Positions 9,423 through 19,084 of a stretch of 64,000 bases of DNA are shown piece after piece. The stretch lies in NCBI GenBank assembly GCA_003151625.1, contig PLYC01000021.1, forward strand, positions 16,235-80,234, read 5' to 3'. The first letter of the stretch is position 1. Each line of letters begins with the position of its first letter. The position numbers and the translations under genes were made by a program. The stretch comes from Candidatus Doudnabacteria bacterium (GTDB taxonomy: Bacteria > Patescibacteriota > Doudnabacteria > UBA920). The notes under the pieces were generated by a model. The model saw nothing but the letters and a program-made list of their open reading frames with translations. It was not told where the DNA came from and did no database searches.

Positions 9423-9710
9423 TTAATTGGTTTTTGAATATAAATTAATTAATTCTGCAATGGCCTGCTTGCGCTTGCTGGTATTTTTGCTGTGCACCGC
9501 ATCCCAGGCGCAAATACCCAAATGGCCGCTTAAAATCATTTGGTTGATTTTTCGCAAAGCTTCGATGACCGCGTGATTTTGGTTAATAATATCCAAGCAA
9601 TAGGCTTCCGTTTCCACCATTTTACTGACCGCTTTTAAATGACCCTCCGCGTAATGCAGCCTGTTTAAAATATCTTTCCTATTTTTGTCGGATTTTTGCA
9701 CAGTTGGCAT
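9423..9710 (-). CDS. CsoR/RcnR family metal-sensing repressor
   Basis: NRLHYAEGHL, YCLDII (Cys), HLGIC (His-x3-Cys); ATG at 9710. Confidence 0.9.
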   Translation of the reverse strand: MPTVQKSDKNRKDILNRLHYAEGHLKAVSKMVETEAYCLDIINQNHAVIEALRKINQMILSGHLGICAWDAVHSKNTSKRKQAIAELINLYSKTN

Positions 9711-9723
9711 AATCTTATACTGA

Positions 9724-9896
9724 TAGGACTTACGCGCTTGGTCAAGCACAAGGCATTTTCCGAGGATGTTTGGAGACGTAGTTAATCTACGACGACAAAC
9801 ACCGCAGGAAAATAACGAAGTGATTGACCAAGCCCCTGTGGTTGAGGCAACAATAAATAGATTTTTATCTTTTTTGCCTCAAACGCGTAAGTCCTA
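9724..9896. mobile_element. 173-bp MITE-like element
   Basis: 13-bp perfect terminal inverted repeat TAGGACTTACGCG/CGCGTAAGTCCTA with internal nested hairpins. Confidence 0.8.
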
Positions 9897-9904
9897 ACTT
9901 ATTA

Positions 9905-9923
9905 AACCCCCCTGTGGGGGGTA
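9905..9923. promoter_or_regulatory. Putative CsoR operator
   Basis: ACCCCCC-TGT-GGGGGGT C-tract/G-tract palindrome typical of CsoR/RcnR sites, upstream of the csoR-like gene. Confidence 0.65.
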
Positions 9924-9946
9924 ACAAATTAAGTATAGGCCGGGAC

Positions 9947-9975
9947 TTGACAACTGTCAAATAAAAGTTTATACT
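9947..9975 (+). promoter_or_regulatory. Sigma70 promoter
   Basis: TTGACA-N17-TATACT. Confidence 0.8.
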
Positions 9976-10115
9976 TGTCGGTCACCCGGCAGGGCATGCC
10001 CGCCTTGGCTAGACGCCAAGTCGAGACAGGTCGATAGCCACTCTGGGTGGTGGAAAAGTTCTTTAACATCGGAACCCAAAAGGTTCCAAAGAAAACGGAG
10101 GGGAAAGGAACTCCC

Positions 10116-10379
10116 ATGTTAACGTTCCTGATTGTAGTAGCGGGATTACTGGTGGTGCTGGCCGCGCGCGAAAGCAAAAAATTGCGCAAAGCGCTGTCCA
10201 AGCATAAAACCAAAACCCGTCTACTGCCGCAAACCGTTAGTTTGCTGGTCATTTGTGCCCAGGTATCTGAACTGCTCAAGGTACTTGACCACGTGACCCT
10301 GACTAACGTCGCCACAACATTGTTTCTGTTGGCGATATTGGCGGCCGGCAAATCAGGAACAGAAAGCGAGCTGTATTAA
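10116..10379 (+). CDS. Small membrane protein
   Basis: ATG after purine-rich RBS; own promoter and terminator; hydrophobic segments. Confidence 0.65.
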   Translation: MLTFLIVVAGLLVVLAARESKKLRKALSKHKTKTRLLPQTVSLLVICAQVSELLKVLDHVTLTNVATTLFLLAILAAGKSGTESELY

Positions 10380-10448
10380 TTTCCCGAGTGAATTTAGCCT
10401 CGGACGTTTATTCGGCTGGAAAAGAGTTCCTGATAAAGGATAAGCAAG

Positions 10449-10480
10449 GACCCGGTTGTATAACAACAACCGGGTCTTTC
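10449..10480 (+). terminator. Intrinsic terminator
   Basis: gacccggttgtt-at-aacaac-aaccgggtc-ttt. Confidence 0.7.
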
Positions 10481-10517
10481 TAATTTAGGACGCGTAAGTC
10501 CTATTATTATCTATAAT

Positions 10518-11603
10518 TTATTGCAGTTGCCCCAAAACCACAGGGATATCTATATTAGAGCCGTTGCGCAGAACTTTTAAAGTCACCTGACTGCCGGCCT
10601 TGAATTTGCCGACAACATCATCTAAAGATTCATTCTGGTTTAAAGTAGTAGTGTTAACCCCGGTAATTATGTCCCCTGCTAAAATTCCCGCGACATCTGC
10701 CGGAGAGCCCTGCTTGATATCGGTAATAAGAGCGCCGTTTTGTACTGTCAAATTCTTGATAATTTGCACGGCGGGGCTAATGCTCACAAACATGACGCCC
10801 AAAAACGGACGGGAAACTTTACCAAAAGTTTTTAACTGCAAAACCGCATCCTTAATGGTATTTATTGATATGGCAAACCCCAAACCCGAGCCTTCGGTAT
10901 CTATGAGCGTGTTCATACCCACAACCTGGCCAGCCAAATTAATTAGCGGGCCTCCGGAATTGCCCGGATTAATAGCCGCGTCGGTCTGAATTAAATTGTG
11001 AAGCCTGGAAGAATCGTCGCTTACATCAACCGCCCGTCCCAAACCCGAAATTACTCCGCGGGTCACTGTATATTCATACTTGCCCAAAGAATTGCCAATG
11101 GCAAACACGCTTTGCCCGGTTTCCAAGCTGTCGGAATCCCCTAAAACGGCCGGGATCAAATTGTTAGCGCTAATTTGAAGTAACGCAATATCATCAAATT
11201 TATCCAAATCCAAAATTTTGGCCGAATATTCACTGCCATCGCTAAGCACTACCGTGTAACTCATATTTGGATCTTCTACTACGTGGTTGTTGCTTACAAT
11301 AAGCCCGTCTTTTTCCAACACAAAACCCGTTCCCAAAACTTCATTCGGCGTGGCGCTGATGCTCGGTGTGGAACTTGAATCCGGAGTGCTGGTGGCCTGA
11401 TTTTCAATGCCAATAATATTCACAACGGAGGCCTTGGCGGTGCGCACTGCTAAAATTCCCTGTTGTTCATCGGTTAAAGCCACCCCCGAGGAGTTAGGTT
11501 TAATCGGATTAAAGTTAATTGTCTGGCTTAATGCACCCGCTGCCGACATCACGGCCGCCGTAATAATTATTGTAATAATATATGATTGATATTTTTTGGG
11601 CAT
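10518..11603 (-). CDS. HtrA/DegP-like serine protease with PDZ domain
   Basis: GTGF, SNNHV, DIAL, IQTDAAINPGNSGG, C-terminal PDZ. Confidence 0.95.
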   Translation of the reverse strand: MPKKYQSYIITIIITAAVMSAAGALSQTINFNPIKPNSSGVALTDEQQGILAVRTAKASVVNIIGIENQATSTPDSSSTPSISATPNEVLGTGFVLEKDGLIVSNNHVVEDPNMSYTVVLSDGSEYSAKILDLDKFDDIALLQISANNLIPAVLGDSDSLETGQSVFAIGNSLGKYEYTVTRGVISGLGRAVDVSDDSSRLHNLIQTDAAINPGNSGGPLINLAGQVVGMNTLIDTEGSGLGFAISINTIKDAVLQLKTFGKVSRPFLGVMFVSISPAVQIIKNLTVQNGALITDIKQGSPADVAGILAGDIITGVNTTTLNQNESLDDVVGKFKAGSQVTLKVLRNGSNIDIPVVLGQLQ

Positions 11604-11660
11604 GAAATTTTTGAATAAAATTTAAAAAATTATAAATACTTACAGATGTGGCTCAATGCA

Positions 11661-11694
11661 TGTCAATCTTGTCAATCTTGTCAATCTTGTCAAT
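11661..11694. repeat. 9-bp tandem repeat (TGTCAATCT) x3.7
   Basis: Direct reading. Confidence 0.85.
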
Positions 11695-11699
11695 TTTAT

Positions 11700-12575
11700 T
11701 TACTCTATTCCCTGTTCTTTTAAGTCATCCAAAATTTGCTGAGTGGCGGTAAGCCAATTGGGATTGCAGGGCTGGACATAAACTCCGCACATTTGTTCCA
11801 GCGTCCAGTCGCTGTATTTTTTATCCAGCAGGCGGTTAAAATCCACCACCCAGGCGCTGTAACTGGCATATTGCCGCCAGGAAGGCGCGCCGGGTTTTAC
11901 CCCAATATTGCTGCAGTTATTGTCCGCGCAATTTTTCCCCAGCGTGCTTTCGGCAAAAGCGATGGCCAAAATTAGTTTCCAGTGTGCCTGTTCGGCAATT
12001 GTCTCGGACGCCGGAGCCAAGGGCGAATGCATGTCCGTTAAATATTTCTGCAGCTGATTTTTGCGCCGGTTAATAATGTCCGGTTCTTGGGTGCTCTGAA
12101 AATAACTTTGTAAATATTCTATCGGCGTATTAAATAAAACATCGTTGCCAACAGTTCCGCTGTTCTGGCTTTGCAGTTGTCCCCCAGCTAAGGGTGAGCC
12201 GGCGGGATTGGACATGTCTACGCTGGGACTATTTGTAAACGCGCCCAAAACCTGGGGCTGGGTGTCGGCAATAATGCTCTTGGTGTCCAGAACCGACCAC
12301 ATCCCGGCCACAAAAGCCAGAATTAAAGCCAGCACCGCGGCCGCAATGGGAACTTTTTTCTGGCTGTAAATTTTTCTGATGAATAGCCCCGGCGACGACT
12401 TTTTAACGGCTGATTTTCCATAAACTGACTTTGGTAATTTAACGTCGGCTCTTTTAACTGATCGCTTAACTATGCTATCAATTTTTAAAACCCTCGACTC
12501 TCCGAGCCTGGGCTGTTTTTTTAAATCAACAGTTTTTAGTTTTTTTATCCCGTCAATATTTTTGATATTTTTCAC
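11700..12575 (-). CDS. Membrane-anchored protein with probable lysozyme-like C-terminal domain
   Basis: Basic N-terminus, one TM helix, LILAIAFAESTLGK...N-xx-G pattern. Confidence 0.65.
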   Translation of the reverse strand: MKNIKNIDGIKKLKTVDLKKQPRLGESRVLKIDSIVKRSVKRADVKLPKSVYGKSAVKKSSPGLFIRKIYSQKKVPIAAAVLALILAFVAGMWSVLDTKSIIADTQPQVLGAFTNSPSVDMSNPAGSPLAGGQLQSQNSGTVGNDVLFNTPIEYLQSYFQSTQEPDIINRRKNQLQKYLTDMHSPLAPASETIAEQAHWKLILAIAFAESTLGKNCADNNCSNIGVKPGAPSWRQYASYSAWVVDFNRLLDKKYSDWTLEQMCGVYVQPCNPNWLTATQQILDDLKEQGIE

Positions 12576-12649
12576 CTAACCATTATAACACTTCCCGGGC
12601 ATAAAAAAAACTTTTTTGAATTTAAAAGCTTTCCCCCCAATTTAGACTG

Positions 12650-12693
12650 TTGACAATATAATATAATTGATATATACTTTACATATCAATTAT
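12650..12693 (+). promoter_or_regulatory. Sigma70 promoter overlapped by an 11-bp inverted repeat (probable MarR operator)
   Basis: TTGACA-N17-TATACT; ATAATTGATAT-N9-ATATCAATTAT. Confidence 0.8.
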
Positions 12694-12706
12694 TAATCAA
12701 CAAATT

Positions 12707-13117
12707 ATGAAAATCAGCAATAGGCTTAAGTTCCTTATGCAGTTATCCAAAACCCAAAGCACGGTTTCCCGAAAATTAAGCGGGCAGGGTTTGAGTTTTG
12801 GAGATTTAGCGGTGCTCTACGCCATTAGCCAAGCTCAGGAAGGAAAAATCCGCAGAATAGATTTAGCCGAGCAGGTTGGCTTAACCGCTTCCGGTGTGAC
12901 CAGGTTGCTTATCCCCCTGGAAAAAATCGGCATTATTAAAAGACAAGCGCACGAGCGCGACGCTCGGGTTAGTTTTACTTTACTGACCCATGCCGGCAAG
13001 GAACTCCTGGAAGATTCCCTAAAGTGGGCGGAAATGAAATGCGAAGACCTTATTCCGGAAGACCAGGCAAAAAAAATCGACCAGGCTTCATTGTTACTTG
13101 AATCTATGTCCAAATAA
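12707..13117 (+). CDS. MarR family transcriptional regulator
   Basis: DLAEQVGLTASGVTRLL.PLEK.G...DAR...LT..G winged helix. Confidence 0.92.
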   Translation: MKISNRLKFLMQLSKTQSTVSRKLSGQGLSFGDLAVLYAISQAQEGKIRRIDLAEQVGLTASGVTRLLIPLEKIGIIKRQAHERDARVSFTLLTHAGKELLEDSLKWAEMKCEDLIPEDQAKKIDQASLLLESMSK

Positions 13118-13126
13118 GGATCAAAT

Positions 13127-13153
13127 TAGGACTTACGCAGTGCGTAAGTCCTA
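13127..13153. repeat. Minimal TIR-only copy of the TAGGACTTACGC element
   Basis: TAGGACTTACGCA-G-TGCGTAAGTCCTA. Confidence 0.85.
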
Positions 13154-13156
13154 CAA

Positions 13157-13197
13157 ATTTTAAAAGCGCGGCTTCATAGGCCGCGCTTTTAAAATTA
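13157..13197. terminator. Hairpin/terminator after the MarR gene
   Basis: aattttaaaagcgcggc-ttcatag-gccgcgcttttaaaatt. Confidence 0.7.
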
Positions 13198-13264
13198 CCT
13201 AAAACATTTTTTCATCGGCGCTCGGGCTGTAAATTTGCGGAACCGGTATGTTGTTCAGACGCAT

Positions 13265-13472
13265 ATAAAGGTTCCTCGGAGCTTAAGCTCTCGAGGTATT
13301 AGTGCAATGAGCTGCCTGCATTTCGCAGTCCGCCCGCCTAAGGCGGGCGGACGAAGTATTGAACCTGTATTAGCTCCTCGCCCATTCGACAGCGCTCAGG
13401 GCGACCCTGAGTTATACCGAACGGATCGGCTCGCCCCGCCAGGGCGGGATCTCACTCTACGTCGCAAATAAA
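13265..13472 (+). repeat. TAAAGGTTC dispersed structured element, copy 1
   Basis: Shares its ends and the core GTATTGAACCTGTATT with 14925-15024 and 20173-20343. Confidence 0.8.
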
Positions 13473-13767
13473 AAAAATAATTCGACAATCGAGAACGACC
13501 GCCCCAACGATTAACCAAGCCTCCGACAAAATTAACGGAATTAAAAGATAAAATCGAATATAGCCATAAATTGGAATCAATTTTTACTAATGGCGGCACT
13601 GGACGAAAATATACGGGAAGTATGACAACTTTTTTATTTTCTTTCTTAAACCACAATTTTATAACCGATTCTGAAACTATTCCTATCTAATAAGCGTAAC
13701 ATTAGCACCTAGGACAATTAAGCGAACTATATTATTTACTATCATTATATTGAAAGGGAAAACAAGA

Positions 13768-14424
13768 ATGAACAACCTGAAAAAATATGCAGCGCCATTG
13801 GGCGTATTTGCCCTCCTTGCAACGGGAGCAGCCGCACTGACTTTTGCCCAACCAACGCAGGCGCTAGGCATAAGTAAGACCGTAAAAACACACGTAATAG
13901 CTCCAGGCATCAGCGGCACAGTTGCTTCAGTTAGCGGCAACAACATTATCTTAACCGGCAAAAACAAGACGACCTATACGGTTGATGCCACAAACGCCGC
14001 AATAACTAAAATTGTTAACGGAACTAAGGCCACTCTTACGGTTTCACAAATTGTTACGGGTGATAATTTAAAAGTTTCTGGTACTGTTTCCGGAACAAGT
14101 GTCACAGCCAAGACTATTGTTGATGGCGTACTTTCTATCCTTACCGCCAAACAATCCCCTACCGCGACTGGCACGATTTCGGGAATTTCCGGCAATATTA
14201 TAACATTAACCAAGGGTACCACAACATATACGGTTGATGCCACAAACGCCGCAATAATGATTACAAAGCCGGCCGGCACTTCTTTGGCCAATTCAGGAAT
14301 TATAGTCGGCGACAGCATAACAGTGTCTGGAACAACAACCGGTACCAACATTGTCGCCACTAAAATTACGGACGGCAAACTCGGCTTAGGCAAAGGGACT
14401 GGATTAAAGCCATTGAGCAAATAA
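13768..14424 (+). CDS. Secreted protein with two OB-fold-like (DUF5666-like) repeats
   Basis: Signal peptide; two GTxxxxSGNxIxL...TTYTVDATNAAI...GD.x.VSGT units. Confidence 0.8.
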   Translation: MNNLKKYAAPLGVFALLATGAAALTFAQPTQALGISKTVKTHVIAPGISGTVASVSGNNIILTGKNKTTYTVDATNAAITKIVNGTKATLTVSQIVTGDNLKVSGTVSGTSVTAKTIVDGVLSILTAKQSPTATGTISGISGNIITLTKGTTTYTVDATNAAIMITKPAGTSLANSGIIVGDSITVSGTTTGTNIVATKITDGKLGLGKGTGLKPLSK

Positions 14425-14439
14425 TAGGTATTAAAATTA

Positions 14440-14479
14440 AAAAGATTACGTTTTCCTAATGGAAGCGTAATCTTTTTTT
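14440..14479. terminator. Bidirectional intrinsic terminator
   Basis: aaaagattacgttttcc-taat-ggaagcgtaatcttttttt. Confidence 0.75.
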
Positions 14480-14567
14480 GTGAATAAAACTAATTTGGAT
14501 GGTTCAAAAATGCTAAATTGGCAGGATTAAAATTAAAGAGTACTGAAAAGTAAAACTAATAGCTATA

Positions 14568-14882
14568 CTACTTTAGCGCAATTATTTCTCGGATGATAGC
14601 GTGGACTATCCGGTTGTCGCCTTTAAGTTTATAGTAAACTTTTTGCCCCTTTCTCTCTTTTTGCAGCATATTACCCTGCTCCAAAATTTTAAGATGCTGG
14701 GAGGTCAAAGGTATGGATATTTTTAAAATTTTCGCAATGTTGCCGACTCTTAGCTCGGGGTACTGGTCTAATATTTGAAAAATTCTGTAACGGTTAGTGT
14801 CGGCCAGAATTTTAAAGACCTCTCTTTGGGAAGCACCATTTAAGCTTTTGCGGATTTTTGTGATTTGCTTGTTGGTCAACAT
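14568..14882 (-). CDS. ArsR/SmtB family regulator
   Basis: FKILADTNRYRI...SQHLKIL...RKGQKVYY. Confidence 0.92.
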   Translation of the reverse strand: MLTNKQITKIRKSLNGASQREVFKILADTNRYRIFQILDQYPELRVGNIAKILKISIPLTSQHLKILEQGNMLQKERKGQKVYYKLKGDNRIVHAIIREIIALK

Positions 14883-14924
14883 ATTTTTCCTTACCGCTTA
14901 ACAACATAATAATTAAGCTTTTAA

Positions 14925-15024
14925 TTTATTCGCGACGTAGAGGGAGGCCCCGCCCTGGCGGGACGCCCAAGGAGTCTAAATACAGGTTCAATACCTCGGG
15001 ACTTGCGGAGAGTGAACCTTTATT
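14925..15024 (-). repeat. TAAAGGTTC dispersed structured element, copy 2 (shortest)
   Basis: Reverse complement aligns with copies 1 and 3. Confidence 0.8.
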
Positions 15025-15107
15025 AAACCCAAATTAAAACCCGCAGAGGCTTCATACCCAAGCGGGCATACAAACTATATTTTATGATTTACTTATATAT
15101 GTCGGTT

Positions 15108-16007
15108 TCAATTATAGCTTCTTTTGGGTTTCTGCGCAAAGTTTTTAGACTTTTTCTTTGGCAGGAAATTTTGTTTGGATATTACGGGACGACGGAGCTC
15201 TTTTTCCAGTTCTTTTCTGGCGTTGCCGGCTACCCTGCCGCCGCGGCCAGCGTCTATTTTTAGCTTTGGCACGCCCTGGGATTCCTCATTTTTATGGATT
15301 TCCGTGGTGGAAGCTTCGCCGAGCATATTAAAAATAAGTTCCAAATTACCCATATGATCGCGCAGGTTTTCTCTTTTTAAACCTTTAATTTTTTTATGCT
15401 GGCTTGGAGTTAAATCAAAAGTGGCCTTGGCAATTTCCGCTGTTAAAATTTCGTAATCTTTTTTCTCTTTTGCCCCACGTTTTTGCCATTCGCCAGTTAG
15501 GTCTTCGCGCACTTCAATGCCGCGCATTCGCAACTCTATCCAAGAATCCGGGTAGCCTTTTAATTTATAAAGCATCCTTGTGCGTCGCGCGCCTAGCTCC
15601 GGATCCTCAATTTCCTGTACCCTTTCATACCCAACCTTTGCCAGCCAACGCTTAAAAGGTTCGGCTTTGGGAGATGGAATTGATTGGATAATACGAAAAA
15701 TTCCTTCTGTATTTGCGCAGTCGGTCTCATACATTTTACCGTCGGAAGATTTCAACTTCAGTTGTCTACAAATTGTAGACAACTCAAATCCATCTGCGCT
15801 TTTTACCCGAGACTTCATTGCAAACCAATAAACTCTTGGTTTATTACTGTCCGCTAGTGCCCCCACTACGTCAATAACTGAAAACCACCATTCGTTATTA
15901 AAAATTGTCCTTCTTATTTTGTTACCTTTAAACAAAGCTATACTATTAGTTTCCGTAAATTTACCCCTAATTATATTATACCTATATAGTATACTATCGT
16001 TCACCAT
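15108..16007 (-). CDS. Bro-N domain protein (phage antirepressor-like)
   Basis: WWFSVIDVV, LKLKSSDGK.Y.TD, RIIQSIPSPKAEPFKRWLA, LRDHM; start uncertain. Confidence 0.88.
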   Translation of the reverse strand: MVNDSILYRYNIIRGKFTETNSIALFKGNKIRRTIFNNEWWFSVIDVVGALADSNKPRVYWFAMKSRVKSADGFELSTICRQLKLKSSDGKMYETDCANTEGIFRIIQSIPSPKAEPFKRWLAKVGYERVQEIEDPELGARRTRMLYKLKGYPDSWIELRMRGIEVREDLTGEWQKRGAKEKKDYEILTAEIAKATFDLTPSQHKKIKGLKRENLRDHMGNLELIFNMLGEASTTEIHKNEESQGVPKLKIDAGRGGRVAGNARKELEKELRRPVISKQNFLPKKKSKNFAQKPKRSYN

Positions 16008-16065
16008 AAATCAAGTCTGGTCTGTGGATAAATCCGGGCGTCTTTTTCCAAGTGTATTTTTGACT

Positions 16066-16422
16066 TTAGTTTGTTTTGTCTTTGTCCGTTTGCAAATGGA
16101 ACTGGTGCAGGAGGCGATGTATTATGGGGGCAAGGAGCACGCCTACGGAGACCAGGAAAATTATGCCGGAGAACAGCGCATAAAAGGAAGCAAAAATCTT
16201 GCCTGCATTGGTATGAAGCTGATCAACCGGCCCCATACCGCCAAGTATCATTGCCGCGTTTAAAGTGGAATCTATCCACGGCAGGCCTTCCAACAAGCGA
16301 TAGCCTAAAATCCCAATCATCCATGAAACCGCCACCAGCAATAAAGCCCACCCCGCAAACCTCCCCATCCTCTTCACAAATTCCCGCCTTGATATTAAAG
16401 GTTGTTTATGATGTTCAAACAT
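16066..16422 (-). CDS. Small ion-channel-like membrane protein
   Basis: TM-pore-TM layout: WIDSTLNAAMILGGMGP...GKIFASFYALFSG. Confidence 0.75.
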   Translation of the reverse strand: MFEHHKQPLISRREFVKRMGRFAGWALLLVAVSWMIGILGYRLLEGLPWIDSTLNAAMILGGMGPVDQLHTNAGKIFASFYALFSGIIFLVSVGVLLAPIIHRLLHQFHLQTDKDKTN

Positions 16423-16585
16423 AGAAGAGTTTATTTATTAATAGCTACTTTAATTATACACCTTTTGCCGTTGTCTTAAACTAAACCATAACCGCCTTTA
16501 TAGAGTTGGCCTCTTGAAAAATTTATGGCTTTATGATACAGTAGTTAGTCCCCCAAAGTTTACAGTCACAATCGAAGGAGAAACA

Positions 16586-17098
16586 ATGAAGCCAAACGCG
16601 GTCGCTTTTGTAAGCGACACCAACCCGGAAACGGTGCCCCTGGCTATGAAGGCATGTCTGAAAGCGGACGCGAAACGCCGCTCTTGGATATTGTCCGTCA
16701 ATACGCCTAACCTCTTTACGCTCATCCGGCAAAACCTCCTGCAGTACAAGCCGGAAGTTATTGCCATCGACGCCAATCTCAGGACGGGCGACCTAGCGCG
16801 ATTGGGCGAACTCGCCCAAATGACCCCGCCCGAACTCAACCGGCTGACGAGCGACCCTGAAGCTAATTTGCCCGCCAGCCTCCGGCTGCTGCGCTTCTTG
16901 GCCAGAGAGAAGTCGCCGACCACGCCGGTCTTCTATTTCACCGACGAGCTCCCCATCTATCTCAACCTAATAGTCTATAGTCTCGGAGCCACCTGGGTTT
17001 GGACCCCGAGAAGCAACGTCGACGGGAGCGAGGAAGATTTTACCTACTTCGCTGACACCCTCATCAGGGGACGGGGCGGCGCTGGAGAGTCAGTTTAA
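16586..17098 (+). CDS. Hypothetical protein, possibly a receiver-like fold
   Basis: GAAGGAG RBS before ATG 16586; PEVIAIDANL...PVFYFT...LGA pattern. Confidence 0.6.
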   Translation: MKPNAVAFVSDTNPETVPLAMKACLKADAKRRSWILSVNTPNLFTLIRQNLLQYKPEVIAIDANLRTGDLARLGELAQMTPPELNRLTSDPEANLPASLRLLRFLAREKSPTTPVFYFTDELPIYLNLIVYSLGATWVWTPRSNVDGSEEDFTYFADTLIRGRGGAGESV

Positions 17099-17279
17099 AC
17101 TATCCCGCATTGGCAAACCGCAGCCCAAAAGGCGGCCCGCACGAAGTCCCGACTTCTGCCGGTCGCCTTGATTTATTTATTTAAACTTATAATTCAACAC
17201 TAAAAACCGCTGCCCTTAACCCAAACCTTGCTAAACTAAAAATTCCACGTGAGTGGATTTTTTAGTTTATAATATTTAT

Positions 17280-19064
17280 TTATTCCTGCGAGTTGGCGGA
17301 GCGATAACGGCGGGAGAAGGAGGCTAGGGTGGTGATTATGAGGATGGAGGCGAGGATGGCCATTAGTTCGGGGAAGGAGAGGGTGGAGCTGGTAGTGGTG
17401 GCGGAGGCTGATGAAATTGCCGGAATCATCCAAGTGGCCCAGCGGGCTTGGATGTAGGTTATTATGCAGACCAGAAAAATTAGGCCGAGACTGTGTAATA
17501 TAGTAAATCGGAAAAGGGTGCCTTCTTGGCCGGGGAGGTGGGCAGAGGCTGTGGCTACGGCTATGCTTTGGGGCGAAATCATTTTTGCCGCCACTCCCCC
17601 GCTGGAGTTGGCGGCAACGCTAAGCACCGGGCTAATGCCCAGAGAGTGCGCGGTTTGGGATTGAATGTTACTAAATAATGCGTTGGACGATGTATCACTC
17701 CCGGTAATAAATACGCCAAACCAACCGAGTAAGGGAGAGAGGAAGGGAAAGAACGCGCCGGTTACGGTAAGCGCGTTGCCAATGGCCGTGGACATGCCGG
17801 AATAGTTGGCCACGTAAGCAAAACCAACAATGGAGCCTATGGTTAATAACGGCTTGGATAATTCTTTCAATGTTTGCCAGGTAACTTCCCAAAAATCTTT
17901 CCACGCCAGATGGAGCATAAGCGCGGTTAAAATTGTGGCCAGTAAAATTGCCGTACCGGCCGCGCCCAGCCAGGCAAAGGTGTAATTAATATTTAAAGTT
18001 ATGCCGTTGCTAATTATTGCGTGATAAATATTTCCAAAAGGAATTAAGAGCGTAACTTGGCCGAGCAGTTGCTGAATACCGGTAATGCCCCAGTTGCCCA
18101 CAAAGACAATGAGTAAAATAAACGGAGTCCAGGCGCGGACAAGTTCGCTTGCGGTATGTTTGGCGCGGATGTTTGGTACGGCGTTGCCCTGCACCGGAGT
18201 CAGACGACTGGTGCAGGGTTGATTAACCCTCTCCTTTGGAAACCGCCAAATTTCTTTAGGATGCCAAATCCGCAAAAATAGCAAAAGACAAATTATAGAA
18301 ACAATCGCGGACAGTACATCGGGCAATGTCGGTCCAAGATAGCTTGCTGTCAGAAACATCGTTAAAGCATACGAAGCGCCGGTCACAAAAATAGCCGGCC
18401 AAATTTGTTTGGCGCCCTTCCATCCCGAGACAACCAACACCAGCCATAGCGGAATAATAAAGGCAATAAACGGTAACTGGTGCGCTATCATTTTGCTTAA
18501 AATATTCGGGTCTATATTGGTTAAATGCCCGGCCGTAATAACCGCAATGCCAATGCCGCCAAAGGCCACTGGCGCGGTGTTGGCAATAAGGCAAATACCG
18601 GCCGCGTACAAAGGCTCAAAACCAAGGCCTACCAGCATACCGGCGGTAATGGCCACGGGCGCGCCAAACCCGGCCGCGCCTTCCAAAAAAGTCCCAAAAC
18701 AAAACCCGATTAACAAAGCCTGCAGGCGCCGGTCGGTAGTAACCGACTCAATACTGTCTCGCACTACATTAAAACTTCCCGTGCGGACGCTAACGTTATA
18801 AAGCAGTACGGCGTTAAAAACAATCCAACCAATAGGAAACAAACCGTTTAAAAACCCATATAGGCCGGACATAACGCCCAGCCCCACGGGCATAGTGAAT
18901 ATGGTAACCGCGATAATTAATCCCAGTAAGAGCGTCAGGAGTGTGGCAATATGGCCGGCAACTTTGCGGCTAAGCAGTAAGGCGAACAAAAAAATAATCG
19001 GAACCGAGGCGGCAAAGGCGGAAAACATTACGCTATGCAATGGGTTGGAAGTTTGTGTCCACAT
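17280..19064 (-). CDS. lctP: L-lactate permease
   Basis: MWTQ..NPL start, FLEGAAGFGAP, ANTAPVAFG, GSDTSSNALF, KMISPQSIA. Confidence 0.95.
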   Translation of the reverse strand: MWTQTSNPLHSVMFSAFAASVPIIFLFALLLSRKVAGHIATLLTLLLGLIIAVTIFTMPVGLGVMSGLYGFLNGLFPIGWIVFNAVLLYNVSVRTGSFNVVRDSIESVTTDRRLQALLIGFCFGTFLEGAAGFGAPVAITAGMLVGLGFEPLYAAGICLIANTAPVAFGGIGIAVITAGHLTNIDPNILSKMIAHQLPFIAFIIPLWLVLVVSGWKGAKQIWPAIFVTGASYALTMFLTASYLGPTLPDVLSAIVSIICLLLFLRIWHPKEIWRFPKERVNQPCTSRLTPVQGNAVPNIRAKHTASELVRAWTPFILLIVFVGNWGITGIQQLLGQVTLLIPFGNIYHAIISNGITLNINYTFAWLGAAGTAILLATILTALMLHLAWKDFWEVTWQTLKELSKPLLTIGSIVGFAYVANYSGMSTAIGNALTVTGAFFPFLSPLLGWFGVFITGSDTSSNALFSNIQSQTAHSLGISPVLSVAANSSGGVAAKMISPQSIAVATASAHLPGQEGTLFRFTILHSLGLIFLVCIITYIQARWATWMIPAISSASATTTSSTLSFPELMAILASILIITTLASFSRRYRSANSQE

Positions 19065-19084
19065 ACGCGAGTATGGATTGGTTG

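Noticed and set aside
9976-10060. c-di-GMP-I riboswitch resemblance (GGTCAC...CAGGGCA)
   Set aside because: Lacks the GCAAACC/GNRA/GACGCAAAGC core
13235-13656. ORFs 13235-13471 (+) and 13396-13656 (-)
   Set aside because: They are translations of the repeat element and AT-rich spacer, with no protein motifs
13265-15024. Integron attC sites, 6S RNA or group II intron remnant as identity of the TAAAGGTTC element
   Set aside because: No RYYYAAC/GTTRRRY boxes, no integron integrase, no domain V motif; three variable copies do not fit 6S
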